Assembly (NCBI GenBank): GCA_951406725.2
Contig: OX597822.1
Coordinates: forward strand, 22,506,001-22,570,000
Length of the DNA: 64,000 nucleotides
From: Octopus vulgaris
Taxonomy: Eukaryota
Direction: 5' to 3'
Numbering within the stretch: the stretch's first letter is position 1; each line of letters begins with the position of its first letter. This document shows positions 50,567 to 64,000 of this stretch, piece after piece. The notes beneath the pieces were generated by a model, which saw only the letters and a list, made by a program, of their open reading frames with translations, was not told the DNA's origin and searched no databases. The position numbers and the translations under genes were made by a program.

Positions 50567-52616
50567 TTGTGTTTGTCCCCCTAGCATTGCTTGACAACCA
50601 ATGCTGGTGTGTTTACATCCCCGTCACTTAGCGGTTCAGCAAAAGAGACCGATAGAATAAGTACTGGGCTTACAAAGAATAAGTCCCGGGGTCGATTTGC
50701 TCGACTAAAGGCGGTGCTCCAGCATGGCCGCAGTCAAATAACTGAAACAAGTAAAAGAGAAAAGAGTAAAAGAGTAAACTAGACAGTATTGTATAGCATG
50801 TAATCAAAACCCATAATGTAAAGCAGCCTACACACCACAACCATCTATTTACAACATGGTCATCCTTCAAAAATATAACATCACACAGCATGTACTCTAT
50901 ACAGTTAATACCTAATAATATAAACCCACACTAAAAACACCATTCGAGCATGATCGTCACCTGCATCACCTTACTAGCACTTGTGCTGGTGGCATGTGAA
51001 AAAACATTTGAGCGAGGTTGTTGCCAGTGCCGCTAGACTGGCTGCTGTGCAGGTGGCACATAAAAAAGCACCATTTGAGCGTGACCATTGCCAGTACCTC
51101 CTGACTGGCCTTCATGCCGGTGGCACGTAAAAGCACCCACTACACTCTCAGGGCAGTTGGCGTTACGAAGGGCATCCAGCTGTAGAAACTCTGCCAGACC
51201 AAGATTGAAGCCTGGTGCAGCCATCTGGTTTGCCAGACCTCAGTCAAATCGTCCAACCCATACTAGCATGGAAAGCGGACGTTAAACAATGATGATGATG
51301 ACTAACAATATTTTGTGTAATCACCAAATACAATAAGCCCAATTGTGATGAAATTTGGTTAATGGAAACTGAAAGAAAACCATCATATGCATGTGAATGT
51401 GCATATGTGCTTCTTTATATTTTCTCTCAGCTGAAATCACTCACTAAGAAATCATTGCTTTTTTTGTGTTTTTGAAACTACGTGAGAGATTCTTTAATTG
51501 TGAAACAAGTAAGGGCACACAACAAGAAGAGCATAAAACCTTAAAACGATGCTTTGATAACATGTCTACAGAAAAACAGACATAAAACACAATCACATTA
51601 CACATATTCTACATAATCTACACAACCGACAGATAAAAGACTAAAATAACAGTAGAAATAGTATAACAAATGCCAAAACAATGCAAAACTGATGTAACAT
51701 ACAGACATTACTGTAACAACAAGGTGTCTCTAGTTGAGCAATGCACTAGCATGAAACATCGTTACGTCATTATCAGCATAAGGTCTACTTTCCATTCTTG
51801 CATGGGTCAGACAAAATTCATTGAGGCTGATTGTTCTATTGACAGACTACTCTTTCTGTTACCAGCACTCATCTGTTTCCAAGTATGGTAATATTCTTCC
51901 ATAGTCATAGGAGTGGCTGTGTGGTAAGTAGCTTGCTTACCAATCACATGGTTCCGGGTTCAGTCCCACTGCGTGGCACCTTGGGCAAGTGTCTTCTACT
52001 ATAGCCTCGGACTTACCAAAGCCTTGTGAGTGGATTTGGTAGACGGAAACTGAAAGAAGCCCATCGTATATATGTATGTATATATGTGTGTGTGTGTGTG
52101 TGTGTGTATGTTTGTGCGTCTGTGTTTGTTCCCCCCCAACATCGCTTGACAACTGATGCTGGTGTGTTGACATCCCTGCAACTTAGTGGTTCGGCAAAAG
52201 ACACCGATAGAATAAGTACTAGGCTTACAAAGAATAAGTCCTGGGGTCGATTTGCTCGAACTAAAGGCGGTGCTCCAGCATGGCCACAGTCAGGTGCCTG
52301 GAACAAGTAAAAGAGTAAAAGAGAGAGTCTTTTAAACAAACCTCACAATGACCAAAAATGGAAGACAGCAAATGAATGAGTGTCTGACAGTGAGGCTCAC
52401 TTGCATTTAACATGTGATAAGGAGACAGAAACACACAAATGCACATAAGAAGCTTCTTTCAGTTTCCATCAATCAAATTCACTTAAAGATATTTGGTTGA
52501 CCTGGGGTTTATAATTGAAGATATTTGTCCAAAGTGCTGTACAGTGAGATTGAACCCCAAACCACATGCTTGCAAAGTAAACTTCTAAAACATACAACCA
52601 TGCCCAGATCCATTAA

Positions 52617-52731
52617 CCCTTTCGTTACCAACCCAGCTGAAATAACTAAGTTATTTACTTAATTCTTTGTTATGTTTAAAGTAATTGAAAGAAACACAGA
52701 GCATTTCAAAATAAATACAGTAATGAAAGGG
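52617..52731. mobile_element. piggyBac-type MITE, shorter inverted relative of 19604-19824
   Basis: TTAA|CCCTTTCGTTAC...GTAATGAAAGGG|TTAA. Confidence 0.85.
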
Positions 52732-53128
52732 TTAATAACAATTTCTGACACATGCTCACAGTCATAAACCTTGTGAGAGTTATGATCGATCAACCTCAAT
52801 AACTGCTTCTTGTTTTAAGGACAAAGATCAAACAATGATTTTTTTTTGATTAAGCACTAAGTTAGCCTCCACCTTGTATTTTAGTGGTACTTGATTTTTA
52901 TTGACCTTTGATAACAGAGGATTTGAGACTAGAATGTAGAGAGATTAAATACTTCAAAGCATTATAGTATGCCATGATGCTGTCTCTGCAGTGGCCTGAA
53001 TATCACAATAGAGAGAAGAGTAACAAAATATACAATATCAACTATGATAATATAATATACACCTTGTCAATAACTATTTTTTTTCCCACTGCTTTCGTGA
53101 ATTCCCATGACTATCACCATTCAATACC

Positions 53129-53361
53129 TATTTCTTTACTACACACAAGGAGCTAAACACAGAGAGGACAAACAAGGACAGACAAATGGATTAAGTCAAT
53201 TATATCGACCCCAGTGCATAACTGGTACTTAATTTATCGACCCCGAAAGGATGAAAGGCAAAGTAGACCTCGGCAGAATTTGAAGACAGAACGTAATGGC
53301 AAACAAAATACCTCTAAGCATTTTGCCTGGCGTGCTAACGATTCTGCCATCTCGTTGCCTT
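53129..53361 (-). mobile_element. SINE family B flanked by a 112-bp direct duplication
   Basis: 53017-53128 is repeated at 53362-53473 with about 4 differences. Confidence 0.9.
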
Positions 53362-55450
53362 AGAGTAACAAAATATACTATATCAACTATGATAATATAA
53401 TATACACCTTATCAATAACTATTTTTTTCCCCACTGCTTTTGTGAATTCCCATGACTATCACCATTCAATACCATTAATATGAATGTGAATTTGGAGCAT
53501 CATATGTGAATGTGAACTCATCATAGCGAATCTTTCATTAACTGATTACACAACTATGGACTCCACCCTTATGGATGTGTTGCAGTTACTCTCTTGATAG
53601 AGCTAGGTGATCTTGTCCCCTGATCTTCCAGGATTCCTCCACTCAGCATCAATGTAAGAAACACCATTAACTCAGTTGAGCTCTTCTGCTGCCTCTTCAA
53701 AATCTGTCATGCTGTAGTCCCATGATTTTGCTGTCTCCCTGGTAGAGTGGTTGAACAGGTATTATGCAGTAGCAAAGGGCATCCCATAACTATGCAAGGA
53801 ACAGTTGATACTATATGAGGTATTTTCAAAATATCCGCATATCCTATGCAATAACTATAATAACTGTATATAATTGTGGGTAGCATTAAAAAAAAAAGCA
53901 AAATCGGTTTAAACGCAACAACATTACTTACATAACACCTGTTTCCCGTCTTGCATGAGTTGAACAGCTAAACAGGATCTGATGAGTGAGAAGACTTTAT
54001 CATGCTTCAATGTCTTTTTTGGAATGGTTTCTAAGCTGGGTACCCTTCCTAACATCAACCACTTTACATACAAAGTGTATTGGCTGCTTTTTGAATAGCG
54101 CCAGCAGAAATTAAATCACCCTGCAACTTGCAAGACTAAGGACCAAAAGTGATTCCTAAGACTGAAGAAGAATGGAAGAGAGTGAGAGAGAGAGTAATGA
54201 TAGAAGGGTGAGCACGATATGAAAAACAGATTTGTAATTGTGAGAAGGTGGTAGTAGAAAATAACAATGTAGAAAGGAAGGGAGAATAAAAGGGATGAGT
54301 GTCTGGGGCTAGTGAGAAAGGGTGGGGACAGAGTGGAAAGATAAGGCAGGTTATGTAGTGGGAGTCCAGAGCTATTTACATTATGAGAGGAATTTTGGAC
54401 AGAAGGTATAAGGGCAAGCGGACATTACAGGGTGAAGCATGAGTTGGGGTGGGCAAAGAATTTAAAGAGAGTCAATGGAAGAAAGAGAGGTGTAGTGGGA
54501 GTAAACCAAAGAGGGAGATACCATTTCTGTGGTGACCTAGTAACATGGAAAGTAACAAAATATACAACAACAGCAACATTAACTATAATAACAGTATACA
54601 CCTTAGCAATAGCTATAACAACAATGAGCAGCAAGAAAAAAAACTAATAAAAGCAATTAACAGCAACAACTACACCAATATTTATATAACTGCAGTTGCA
54701 ATATAATTATGACAATAAAAAAACCCTCGGCAATAATTACAATCTTAATAATATAACAAATACAACAGCAACTACAATAATAGTAACTACTACTACTATT
54801 GGTACTATTATTGCTAATACTACTACAAAACTAGCAGGAAACCAAATCAATGAGAAATGTCTGCAGCGATGTAAAATATCAAAGCAACCAGGAATGTATA
54901 TATGATGGCGTGTTTGTTACCAAATCACCAGTGTTAGAGTTTTAATGGCCAAAGTAGATGTGGGAAGTGAAAATCATTGGAAAGAAAAGGACTAGATAGA
55001 GAGCAGAACAGCATCAGTTCTTATGTAGTGAACATCAAACTGACCGCTTGACCATTATATGATATTTCAAAACTAGACGTTTCAAACAGAACAATATAGA
55101 GTTTTAAAATGAATAAATAAATATGAGATTTGCCTTTGTTGTAAATTTTTGTTGCTTCATTCATCAACAAATACTGGCATTGAGTGATAGGTCTGTTTTC
55201 TCTACCTCTACCACAACCTTCGTTGCTGTAAAACTTTGTGTAGTTGAGAATGTATGTGATGCATTATGAGGGCTATGAAGTCTGGGGTGGAGATGGGGGT
55301 CAGGATGAGCATAACTACTTAGGTTTGGTAATTTGCATTTCTTGATAAAACTTTATATATTTCACATTTGAGTATAATAAAACAATGATGCTGGTGTCAG
55401 TGGGTGTAGCCTTAGTTACAGCATTGAAGATGGCATTAGAGGTGGTGGTG

Positions 55451-58400
55451 ATGGCATTGGAGGTGGTGTTAGTGGTGGTGGCACTGACAATGGTATTGGA
55501 GGCAGTGTTAGTGGTGGTGACACTGACAATGGCATTGGAGGTAGTGTTAGTGGTGGTGGTACTAACAATGGCATTGGAGGTGGTGTTAGTGGTGGTGGCA
55601 CTAACAATGGCATTGGAGGTAGTGTTAGTGGTGGTGGCACTGACAATGGCATTGGAGGTAGTGTTAGTGGTGGTGGCATTGACAATGGTATTGGAGGTAG
55701 TGTTAGTGGTGGTGGCACTGACAATGGCATTGGAGGTAGTGTTAGTGGTGGTGGCACTGACAATGGTATTGGAGGCAGTGTTAGTAGTGGTGGCACTGAC
55801 AATGGCATTGGAGGTAGTGTTAGTGGTGGTGGCACTGACAATGGTATTGGAGGTAGTGTTAGTGGTGGTGGTACTGACAATGGTATTGGAGGTAGTGTTA
55901 GTAGTGGTGGCACTGACAATGGCATTGGAGGTAGTGTTAGTGGTGGTGGCACTGACAATGGTATTGGAGGTAGTGTTAGTGGTGGTGGTACTAACAATGG
56001 CATTGGAGGTGGTGTTAGTGGTGGTGGCACTGACAATGGCATTGGAGGTAGTGTTAGTGGTGGTGGCACTGACAATGGTATTGGAGGTAGTGTTAGTGGT
56101 GGTGGTACTAACAATGGTATTGGAGGTAGTGTTAGTGGTGGTGGTACTGACAATGGTATTGGAGGTAGTGTTAGTGGTGGTGGCACTGACAATGGCATTG
56201 GAGGTAGTGTTAGTGGTGGTGGCACTGACAATAGTATTGGAGGTAGTGTTAGTGGTGGTGGTACTGACAATGGTATTGGAGGTAGTGTTAGTGGTGGTGG
56301 CACTGACAATGGCATTGGAGGTAGTGTTAGTGGTGGTGGCACTGACAATGGTATTGGAGGTAGTGTTAGTAGTGGTGGCACTGACAATGGCATTGGAGGT
56401 AGTGTTAGTGGTGGTGGCACTGACAATGGTATTGGAGGTAGTGTTAGTGGTGGTGGCACTGACAATGGCATTGGAGGTAGTGTTAGTGGTGGTGGTACTG
56501 ACAATGGTATTGGAGGTAGTGTTAGTAGTGGTGGCACTGACAATGGTATTGGAGGTAGTGTTAGTGGTGGTGGTACTAACAATGGCATTGGAGGTGGTGT
56601 TAGTGGTGGTGGCACTGACAATGGCATTGGAGGTAGTGTTAGTGGTGGTGGCACTGACAATGGCATTGGAGGTAGTGTTAGTGGTGGTGGCACTGACAAT
56701 GGCATTGGAGGTAGTGTTAGTGGTGGTGGAACTGACAATGGCATTGGAGGTAGTGTTAGTGGTGGTGGCACTGACAATGGCATTGGAGGTAGTGTTAGTG
56801 GTGGTGGCACTGACAATGGCATTGGAGGTAGTGTTAGTGGTGGTGGCACTAACAATGGTATTGGAGGTAGTGTTAGTGGTGGTAGTACTAACAATGGCAT
56901 TGGAGGTAGTGTTAGTGGTGGTGGCACTAACAATGGTATTGGAGGTAGTGTTAGTGGTGGTGGCACTGACAATGGCATTGGAGGTAGTGTTAGTGGTGGT
57001 GGCACTGACAATGGCATTGGAGGTAGTGTTAGTGGTGGTGGCACTAACAATGGTATTGGAGGTAGTGTTAGTGGTGGTGGCACTGACAATGGCATTGGAG
57101 GTAGTGTTAGTGGTGGTGGTACTAACAATGGCATTGGAGGTAGTGTTAGTGGTGGTGGTACTAACAATGGCATTGGAGGTAGTGTTAGTGGTGGTGGTAC
57201 TAACAATGGCATTGGAGGTAGTGTTAGTGGTGGTGGCACTGACAATGGCATTGGAGGTAGTGTTAGTGGTGGTGGAACTGACAATGGTATTGGAGGTAGT
57301 GTTAGTGGTGGTGGTACTAACAATGGCATTGGAGGTGGTGTTAGTGGTGGTGGCACTGACAATGGTATTGGAGGTAGTGTTAGTGGTGGTGGCACTGACA
57401 ATGGCATTGGAGGTAGTGTTAGTGGTGGTGGCACTGACAATGGCATTGGAGGTAGTGTTAGTGGTGGTGGCACTAACAATGGTATTGGAGGTAGTGTTAG
57501 TGGTGGTGGCACTGACAATGGCATTGAAGGTAGTGTTAGTGGTGGTGGTACTAACAATGGCATTGGAGGTGGTGTTAGTGGTGGTGGCACTGACAATGGT
57601 ATTGGAGGTAGTGTTAGTGGTGGTGGCACTGACAATGGTATTGGAGGTAGTGTTAGTGGTGGTGGTACTGACAATGGTATTGGAGGTAGTGTTAGTGGTG
57701 GTGGCACTGACAATGGTATTGGAGGTAGTGTTAGTGGTGGTGGCACTGACAATGGTATTGGAGGTAGTGTTAGTGGTGGTGGCACTGACAATGGCATTGG
57801 AGGTAGTGTTAGTGGTGGTGGCACTGACAATGGTATTGGAGGTAGTGTTAGTGGTGGTGGTACTAACAATGGCATTGGAGGTGGTGTTAGTGGTGGTGGC
57901 ACTGACAATGGTATTGGAGGTAATGTTAGTAGTGGTGGCACTGACAATGGCATTGGAGGTAGTGTTAGTGGTGGTGGTACTAACAATGGCATTGGAGGTG
58001 GTGTTAGTGGTGGTGGCACTGACAATGGTATTGGAGGTAGTGTTAGTGGTGGTGGCACTGACAATGGTATTGGAGGTAGTGTTAGTGGTGGTGGTACTGA
58101 CAATGGTATTGGAGGTAGTGTTAGTGGTGGTGGCACTGACAATGGTATTGGAGGTAGTGTTAGTGGTGGTGGCACTGACAATGGTATTGGAGGTAGTGTT
58201 AGTGGTGGTGGCACTGACAATGGCATTGGAGGTAGTGTTAGTGGTGGTGGCACTAACAATGGTATTGGAGGTAGTGTTAGTGGTGGTAGTACTAACAATG
58301 GCATTGGAGGTGGTGTTAGTGGTGGTGGCACTGACAATGGTATTGGAGGTAATGTTAGTAGTGGTGGCACTGACAATGGCATTGGAGGTAGTGTTAGTGG

Positions 58401-58699
58401 TGGTGGCACTGACAATGGCATTGGAGGTAGTGTTAGTGGTGGTGGCACTGACAATGGTATTGGAGGTAGTGTTAGTGGTGGTGGCACTGACAATGGTATT
58501 GGAGGTAGTGTTAGTGGTGGTGGCACTGACAATGGTATTGGAGGTAGTGTTAGTGGTGGTGGCACTGACAATGGCATTGGAGGTAGTGTTAGTGGTGGTG
58601 GCACTGACAATGGCATTGGAGGTAGTGTTAGTGGTGGTGGCACTGACAATGGCATTGGAGGTAGTGTTAGTGGTGGTGGCACTGACAATGGCATTGGAG
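55451..58699. repeat. 39-bp minisatellite, ~83 copies
   Basis: Unit ATGG(C/T)ATTGGAGGTAGTGTTAGTGGTGGTGG(C/T)ACT(G/A)ACA; register preserved (58688-55451 = 83 x 39). Confidence 0.97.
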
Positions 58700-61600
58700 A
58701 TAGCATTGGCAGTGATGATGTAGCAGTGTTGTCATTGTTTAGCCCAAAATCAGCCCCACCCAACAGAACTATAATTAAAGGCATTCCAGCTGTGGCCATC
58801 CCGTTTCTATTTTTTCTGTTGTCTTTTCATTTCTTGTGCCATGCCTACAACTATCAGCAATCATAGACCTCCATGCCAAAGTCTGAAGATTCATTATTTT
58901 TCTGGCAAAAGATGCAGTAGTGGGGGCGGGGTTCTGTTTACCTTCCGCTGGTCTATTTACAGCTTACTTTACTAATCCCTTGCTTTCTCAAGATTATCCT
59001 TAAGGTACAAGAGCTATTTAACCCTTACACTGAGGAACTAGTTCATGTGACATAATTATGAGTCTATGTGGTATTTGTCTACGGACCAGCCTTCCTGCAA
59101 GTCCTATATGCCTTAGCTGCAGAACTATCTACTATTTCACCTATAAATGAGGAACATGACAAGTACTGTTGCCCTGAACCAGAGCAGAGGTGGGAGTAGT
59201 GGCAATGAAGAGGTAACACCAAACTGCTCTGAACTCCTGTACTCCAACCTCAAAAACTGCAACCACCAAATGCAGTTTTATGTCTTGTCTTGTTATAGTT
59301 TCTCTAATTTTACATTATTCAAGGTTATTCTTTTGAGCGGATTACAGAGCATAATTTGATTGACATTTGGCCGTTATTTGAGCCGTTATATGGAGATCAT
59401 CTTAATAAGTCAACAACTGTAATGTTGATGATAGCAGTTATATTGCCAATGATAATGTTGTTGGTTTGTCTTGTTTCTAACAATTTGTGATTGTTACACT
59501 TAATCTAGGGCTGATCTGAAACTATTATCAAAAGTGTTCTGGTAAGAATAGTTAGCCTAGGATGTGAAGGAGTAGTGAGAAAGGGTGATGAACAATAGTT
59601 GAATTTTATGGCAATGTTAATAAGGTATTTTGAGATTTTCATTCTTAGTTTTGATAATGGCAATCTTTCAGCAAAATATGTAAGATATATCTTTTCTTTA
59701 TCTATTAGCATCACCTTACATGTTTTGCCTAACTATTCACTTGAATTGGCTAGAAGCTCTTTTTTTAACATATTATTTACACATTGCAATGCTTCAAGAA
59801 AATTATAATATTCTAATCTATTCTGTGTATCTCTGCATCTTTCAAATTGATTTTAGAAGTAATTTAAGTTTTAACATCTGACATGGAAGCAGCATGAAGC
59901 AGGTGATAACAATGATATGGAAATATATTTATTTATATTTCAATTTATTAACCTACTTGATATCACAAATGGATGTTAAGATTTTTGCAGGGGTTTTTGT
60001 AGTTTTTCTTTTTTTTTCAGTTTTAAATAAGTCTCTATTAATGAGATGTCTCAAAGCAAATTCAGCTATGAATAACATATTAAGTTTAAAAAAGATTACA
60101 TAGAAAATAGTGAGAAAGCTGCCTGCAGGACTCCAACTACTCATCTTCTGCGACTCAGATGTGATCCCAATTACACAAGAGCAGCTTCCTGTCTTTCTTA
60201 CATCAAATTAAATATTTTGATCTTACAAGTGAGAATGTTAGATTATAATTAGAACACAAATGAAGAAGCATCAAGATGAATATAAATGAGGTTTTATTAA
60301 TGATATTTCTCAAAGCAAATTCAGTTAAAAATAATAGCTGATAATCATTAAGTTGAAAAGAAAACCCTTGAATAGAAAGATGAGATTCAAACCATGCAGC
60401 TTCTATAACCTAGTTTTTGTTTTAATTTTATTTTTAGTCATTGAGATTCATGGTACTTATAGACTTCATGTTTCTGCTGATAAATTACCTATATTATCAT
60501 ATAAAACCTATCACATACAGTGGCAATGGAGATTTATTTCTGGAACTGCTGATACCAGCAGAATTTTGGTAAAGAGAAATGGCAAAACATGTTCTTTTAA
60601 ACTATTGGTAATTTACAAAAGTATACGTGCATAGTTTTGCAAACTGAACGATAAAGCTGATATGTTGGGAAGAAGGTAAATATTTTTTATGTCACCCAAC
60701 ATACATATTCAGAGTGAGTGAGATAAGAATGTACAGATACACAGACAAACAGACCAACAGGTAGGTAGATAGATTGAGTGAAAAACAAAGTTCTTTATGA
60801 TAAACATGTGTTGTAATAAACAATGATTAAACAATCAATATCGCCAAGACTTAGGAAAATGCTTGGTAGATAAGTTTGCAATGAATGAAAGAGAGAAAAG
60901 GTTGCGTCCAGTTTTAAATTTCTTTGGAAGCATGTTTCTCAAAATCTCAAATAAATAAATGAAATAACTGCATGTGCATGTATTTAGAAGGTGCACTTTA
61001 GTACTACATGTGGCCACCCACTCCAGAGCTAGTGGTATGACAAAATGTAACAAATACAAAATGTAAAGTGGGCTGATGACAGGAACGGTATCCATGTAGC
61101 AAAAACTACACAAGGTCACTGTTATTTCTCTGTGCCTTTGTTTTACTAACACAAATGATCCAAGGTCATAAATGTACTCTAATCATTTTCAATATGTTTA
61201 AGTCTTTTGTCTGTTAGAATCAAGATTGAACTCATACTGTGCCGATGGCACATACTGACAAGACTATAGCTGTCCTCTTGTCTTCAGACAATCAGACTAA
61301 CTTTTCCATAATGACATGTCAATTCCAGAGAATTCTTAATTTTTGAGAATTTTACCTCCTGTTCATTCAGAGTTGATCCTAATTGCCAACAGGCACTTAC
61401 CAAAACAAGAATATCTGACTACAGAATTATTTATTTTAGTACATTTTGTTCTAATATATATATATATATATATATAAAATCATCTGCTTATGTCCATCTC
61501 TGTTATGCTAGCATGGATTGGATGATTTGACAGGATCTTATGAACCCAAGGACAGCATTGTGCTCCTGTGCTGGCTTTAGTATGTCTTTTTCTGACTGGT

Positions 61601-62505
61601 TGTCTTTTTTAATGTTAAACAATTTACAGAGTGTACTGGGTGTTGTTTTTTTTCTTGATATCAGAACTAGCGATGTCATCATGCAGCTTTGCAAGACTAA
61701 GATCTCTTTTGGTTAAGTAGTGCTACAGTGGAAATAAAGGTATCTTTATATATTTGAGGAAACAAAAGTTTAGGGTATGAAAGAAGGGGTTAAAACAGAA
61801 GCGGTTTATTGCTGCTTACATTAAAGAGTAGGTAAGAGTAACCAAGGTAGTGAGCTGGCAGAATCGTTAACAGGCCGGGCGAACTGCGTAGCCGTATTTC
61901 GTCTGCCACTATGTTCTGAGTTCAAATTCCGCCGAGGTCGACTTTGCCTTTCATCCTTTTGAGGTCGATAAATTAAGTACCAGCTATGCTCTGGGGTTGA
62001 TGTAATCGACTTAATCAGTTTGTCTGTCCTTGTTTGTCCCCTCTATGTTTAGCCCCTTGTGGGTAGTAAAGAAATAGGCAGGAGTAACCAGAGTAAAGTG
62101 GGAAAAGAAATAAATATTGAGAAATGTTAGGATACAAAGTGAATAGAAGTGAGTGGGGAGAGGAGAAGAGTATGAGTCAGAGAAGTTGCAACAGTGTAGT
62201 GAGTGAGAGGGGGGAGGGAGGAATGGTTAAGGATGGAGAATGGGTAAAAGAGGGAATATGATGAATGAAAAACAAGGGCTGAGAGGTGTCAGTGATAAAT
62301 AGGCATTGGAGTGAAGCAGAGAAGAATAGATGATGGTTGACAACAGAGGTTATGAAGAGAAGCAGAAAAGTAGTAATAACACAGTAGACAGAGTAAATTT
62401 GAGAAAGAGGGTGGTGACATGTGTGAGGTAGGCTGCAAGAGTTAGGGAAGATGCAGATATAGAGTGTGAAGATAGATAGATAAATAGAGAGAGAGAGAGA
62501 GAGAG

Positions 62506-63025
62506 AATTTCTTTATTAACCATAAGGTTGAGAAAAAGAGGAGATGATACGAGGACAAACAAAACAAACATTGGGGTCAGGGTTTCAAATGAGACGAAAC
62601 GTATGAATAAACAAACAATTAAAATATATACAATTAAATGAGAATGAGTGATTTACAAAAATTGAAGCGGAGGACGCGGTTGACCCCCACGAACCACATA
62701 CTCACACTGAAGACTTTGCTTTCTCCTTTTTATATTCTTGATTAAACAGGTTCTTTTGCTCGCAACATATATGCTATATACTTCCATCTTTTACGAAACA
62801 CACTTTGCGACAGGCATTTCTTCTCCAGCCTTATTTTCCGTTTCATGTGGAAAACGAAAAAGTCGATTAGCTCGAGACTGGAGATGAACATGCCTGTTGC
62901 AATTCCTTTCACTCTCGTCTTCCATACTACCTCTTTCGCCATAGCAACTACCGAGAGAAAACAGACTCGCTCCTCCCTATTGAAGGAGGTCGGCGGAACG
63001 ATCTTAATTACAGATTCACTCAAGA
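62506..63025 (-). mobile_element. 5'-truncated Tx1-type LINE 3' end in a (GA)n tract
   Basis: ESVIKIVPP...CFLSVVAMAKEVVWKTR...FHMKRKIRLEKK...KRWK aligns with ORF 3076-3588; AATAAAGAAATT end; GA-rich flanks. Confidence 0.85.
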
Positions 63026-64000
63026 CAGTGTAGAGAGGGAGAGATAGAGAGTGATAGAGAGTGAGATATTCGTACACATTGCTAAGTATAAAAATTTGAA
63101 CACTTTGTCAGTGCTGTATTCTAGAATCACAAGGTGTTTGAGGTCATACAAAACCTTTATTCGAGTACCTCTCCTTAGGCTGATCAAACTTAGGTCTATG
63201 TTCAAGTGGCAATCTACCAAGCCCAGTAGTTTATCTCTTGAGTCAGAACCCCCTAGATGCTAACTCAGCAGCCTCTCCATTGTTGACCCCTTGACATTGG
63301 TTGACGCAAATATGCGATCACACTTTTGTTTACCTACCCACGGTTAACGTAAATATACAATGTAGAGCTGCCCTACGTCTATCACAGACTTTTTAGCGGC
63401 TGACGTATGTTTATGTTCGCTGTCATGTACTTTATCTCTTTAGGTGTGTGCGCTTGCACACACCCAATCTCTACACTTAGTTACCATGTGTGTACCAAAC
63501 CCTGTATGTAATTAACAAAGTTCTCTAATCAGTAGTCATTATGTCTCAGACTTCATCCTAAGTATTAGTAAAGAAATATATTTTAGGTTACGTTCAAGTC
63601 ATGAGACTAGCAGTAGACCAATGACATGCGGATACTTTACATGCATAATACCGTGTTTTGAGTTCTACCACACAGAAGCTATTTTTTTAACTTGAGCAGA
63701 ATAACTCATGCATATCATATTATGATAAACAGCTTCACATAGTTCGTTTTCATAAACCAGTTGATGTAAATGTACGACGCTATGTTATTGTAACGGTGAA
63801 TGTGAATAGACGCAAGCTCGTTGGCACTTGTGTGTTTGTGTGGCCTCATTAGATAAAAAAAAACCGGAGCAGTATCTCGCATGCTTCTGGTAATACCAGC
63901 GTCAGGAGGTTAATGACGGCTCTTGTATTCATTCCTCTAATTCCCACGGCTTCTAAGACCTTACTGTGAGAACAACTTGCAAGTCCTCAATTGCCCACCT

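Larger units (their letters stand above)
48293..50777 (+). mobile_element. SINE family A split by a 2.05-kb insertion
   Basis: The head at 48293-48331 continues seamlessly at 50401 (AACCACATGGTTCTGGGTTCAGTCCC). Confidence 0.9.

Noticed and set aside
55385-58799. 1112-aa Val/Leu 'membrane protein' and 1127-aa Pro-rich ORF
   Set aside because: By-products of a stop-free 39-bp unit; no evidence favours these frames.
61068-61125. CTGATGA...AAAAC...GTC as a hammerhead
   Set aside because: G12 is missing and stems I and II do not pair.

Overview
Eukaryotic, AT-rich, repeat-saturated non-coding DNA. The SINE families, Dong/R4, RTE and Penelope remnants and dense microsatellites suggest an octopus (cephalopod) genome; this is inferred from repeat content, not from a search. 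No host protein-coding gene could be confidently identified, and most ORF-track entries are microsatellite or SINE artefacts. Contents: an internally deleted Tx1/L1-clade LINE (2825-6432, 14-bp TSD), Dong/R4 LINEs in (TAA)n, RTE LINE remnants, Penelope RT and GIY-YIG remnants, several tRNA-derived SINE families, DNA-transposon MITEs, a 1.7-kb (TA/TACA)n array and a 3.25-kb 39-bp minisatellite. Most notable: (1) a 355-bp terminally redundant, hammerhead-bearing retrozyme-like element that the Tx1 LINE splits next to the ribozyme; (2) a 580-bp fold-back carrying two opposed type I hammerheads, beside a folded-back tRNA-like head; (3) a 2.05-kb ORF1-only ('half-LINE') retroelement with an intact zinc-knuckle ORF and 16-bp TSD inside a SINE tRNA head. 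Coordinates were read by eye; boundaries of degenerate elements are approximate.
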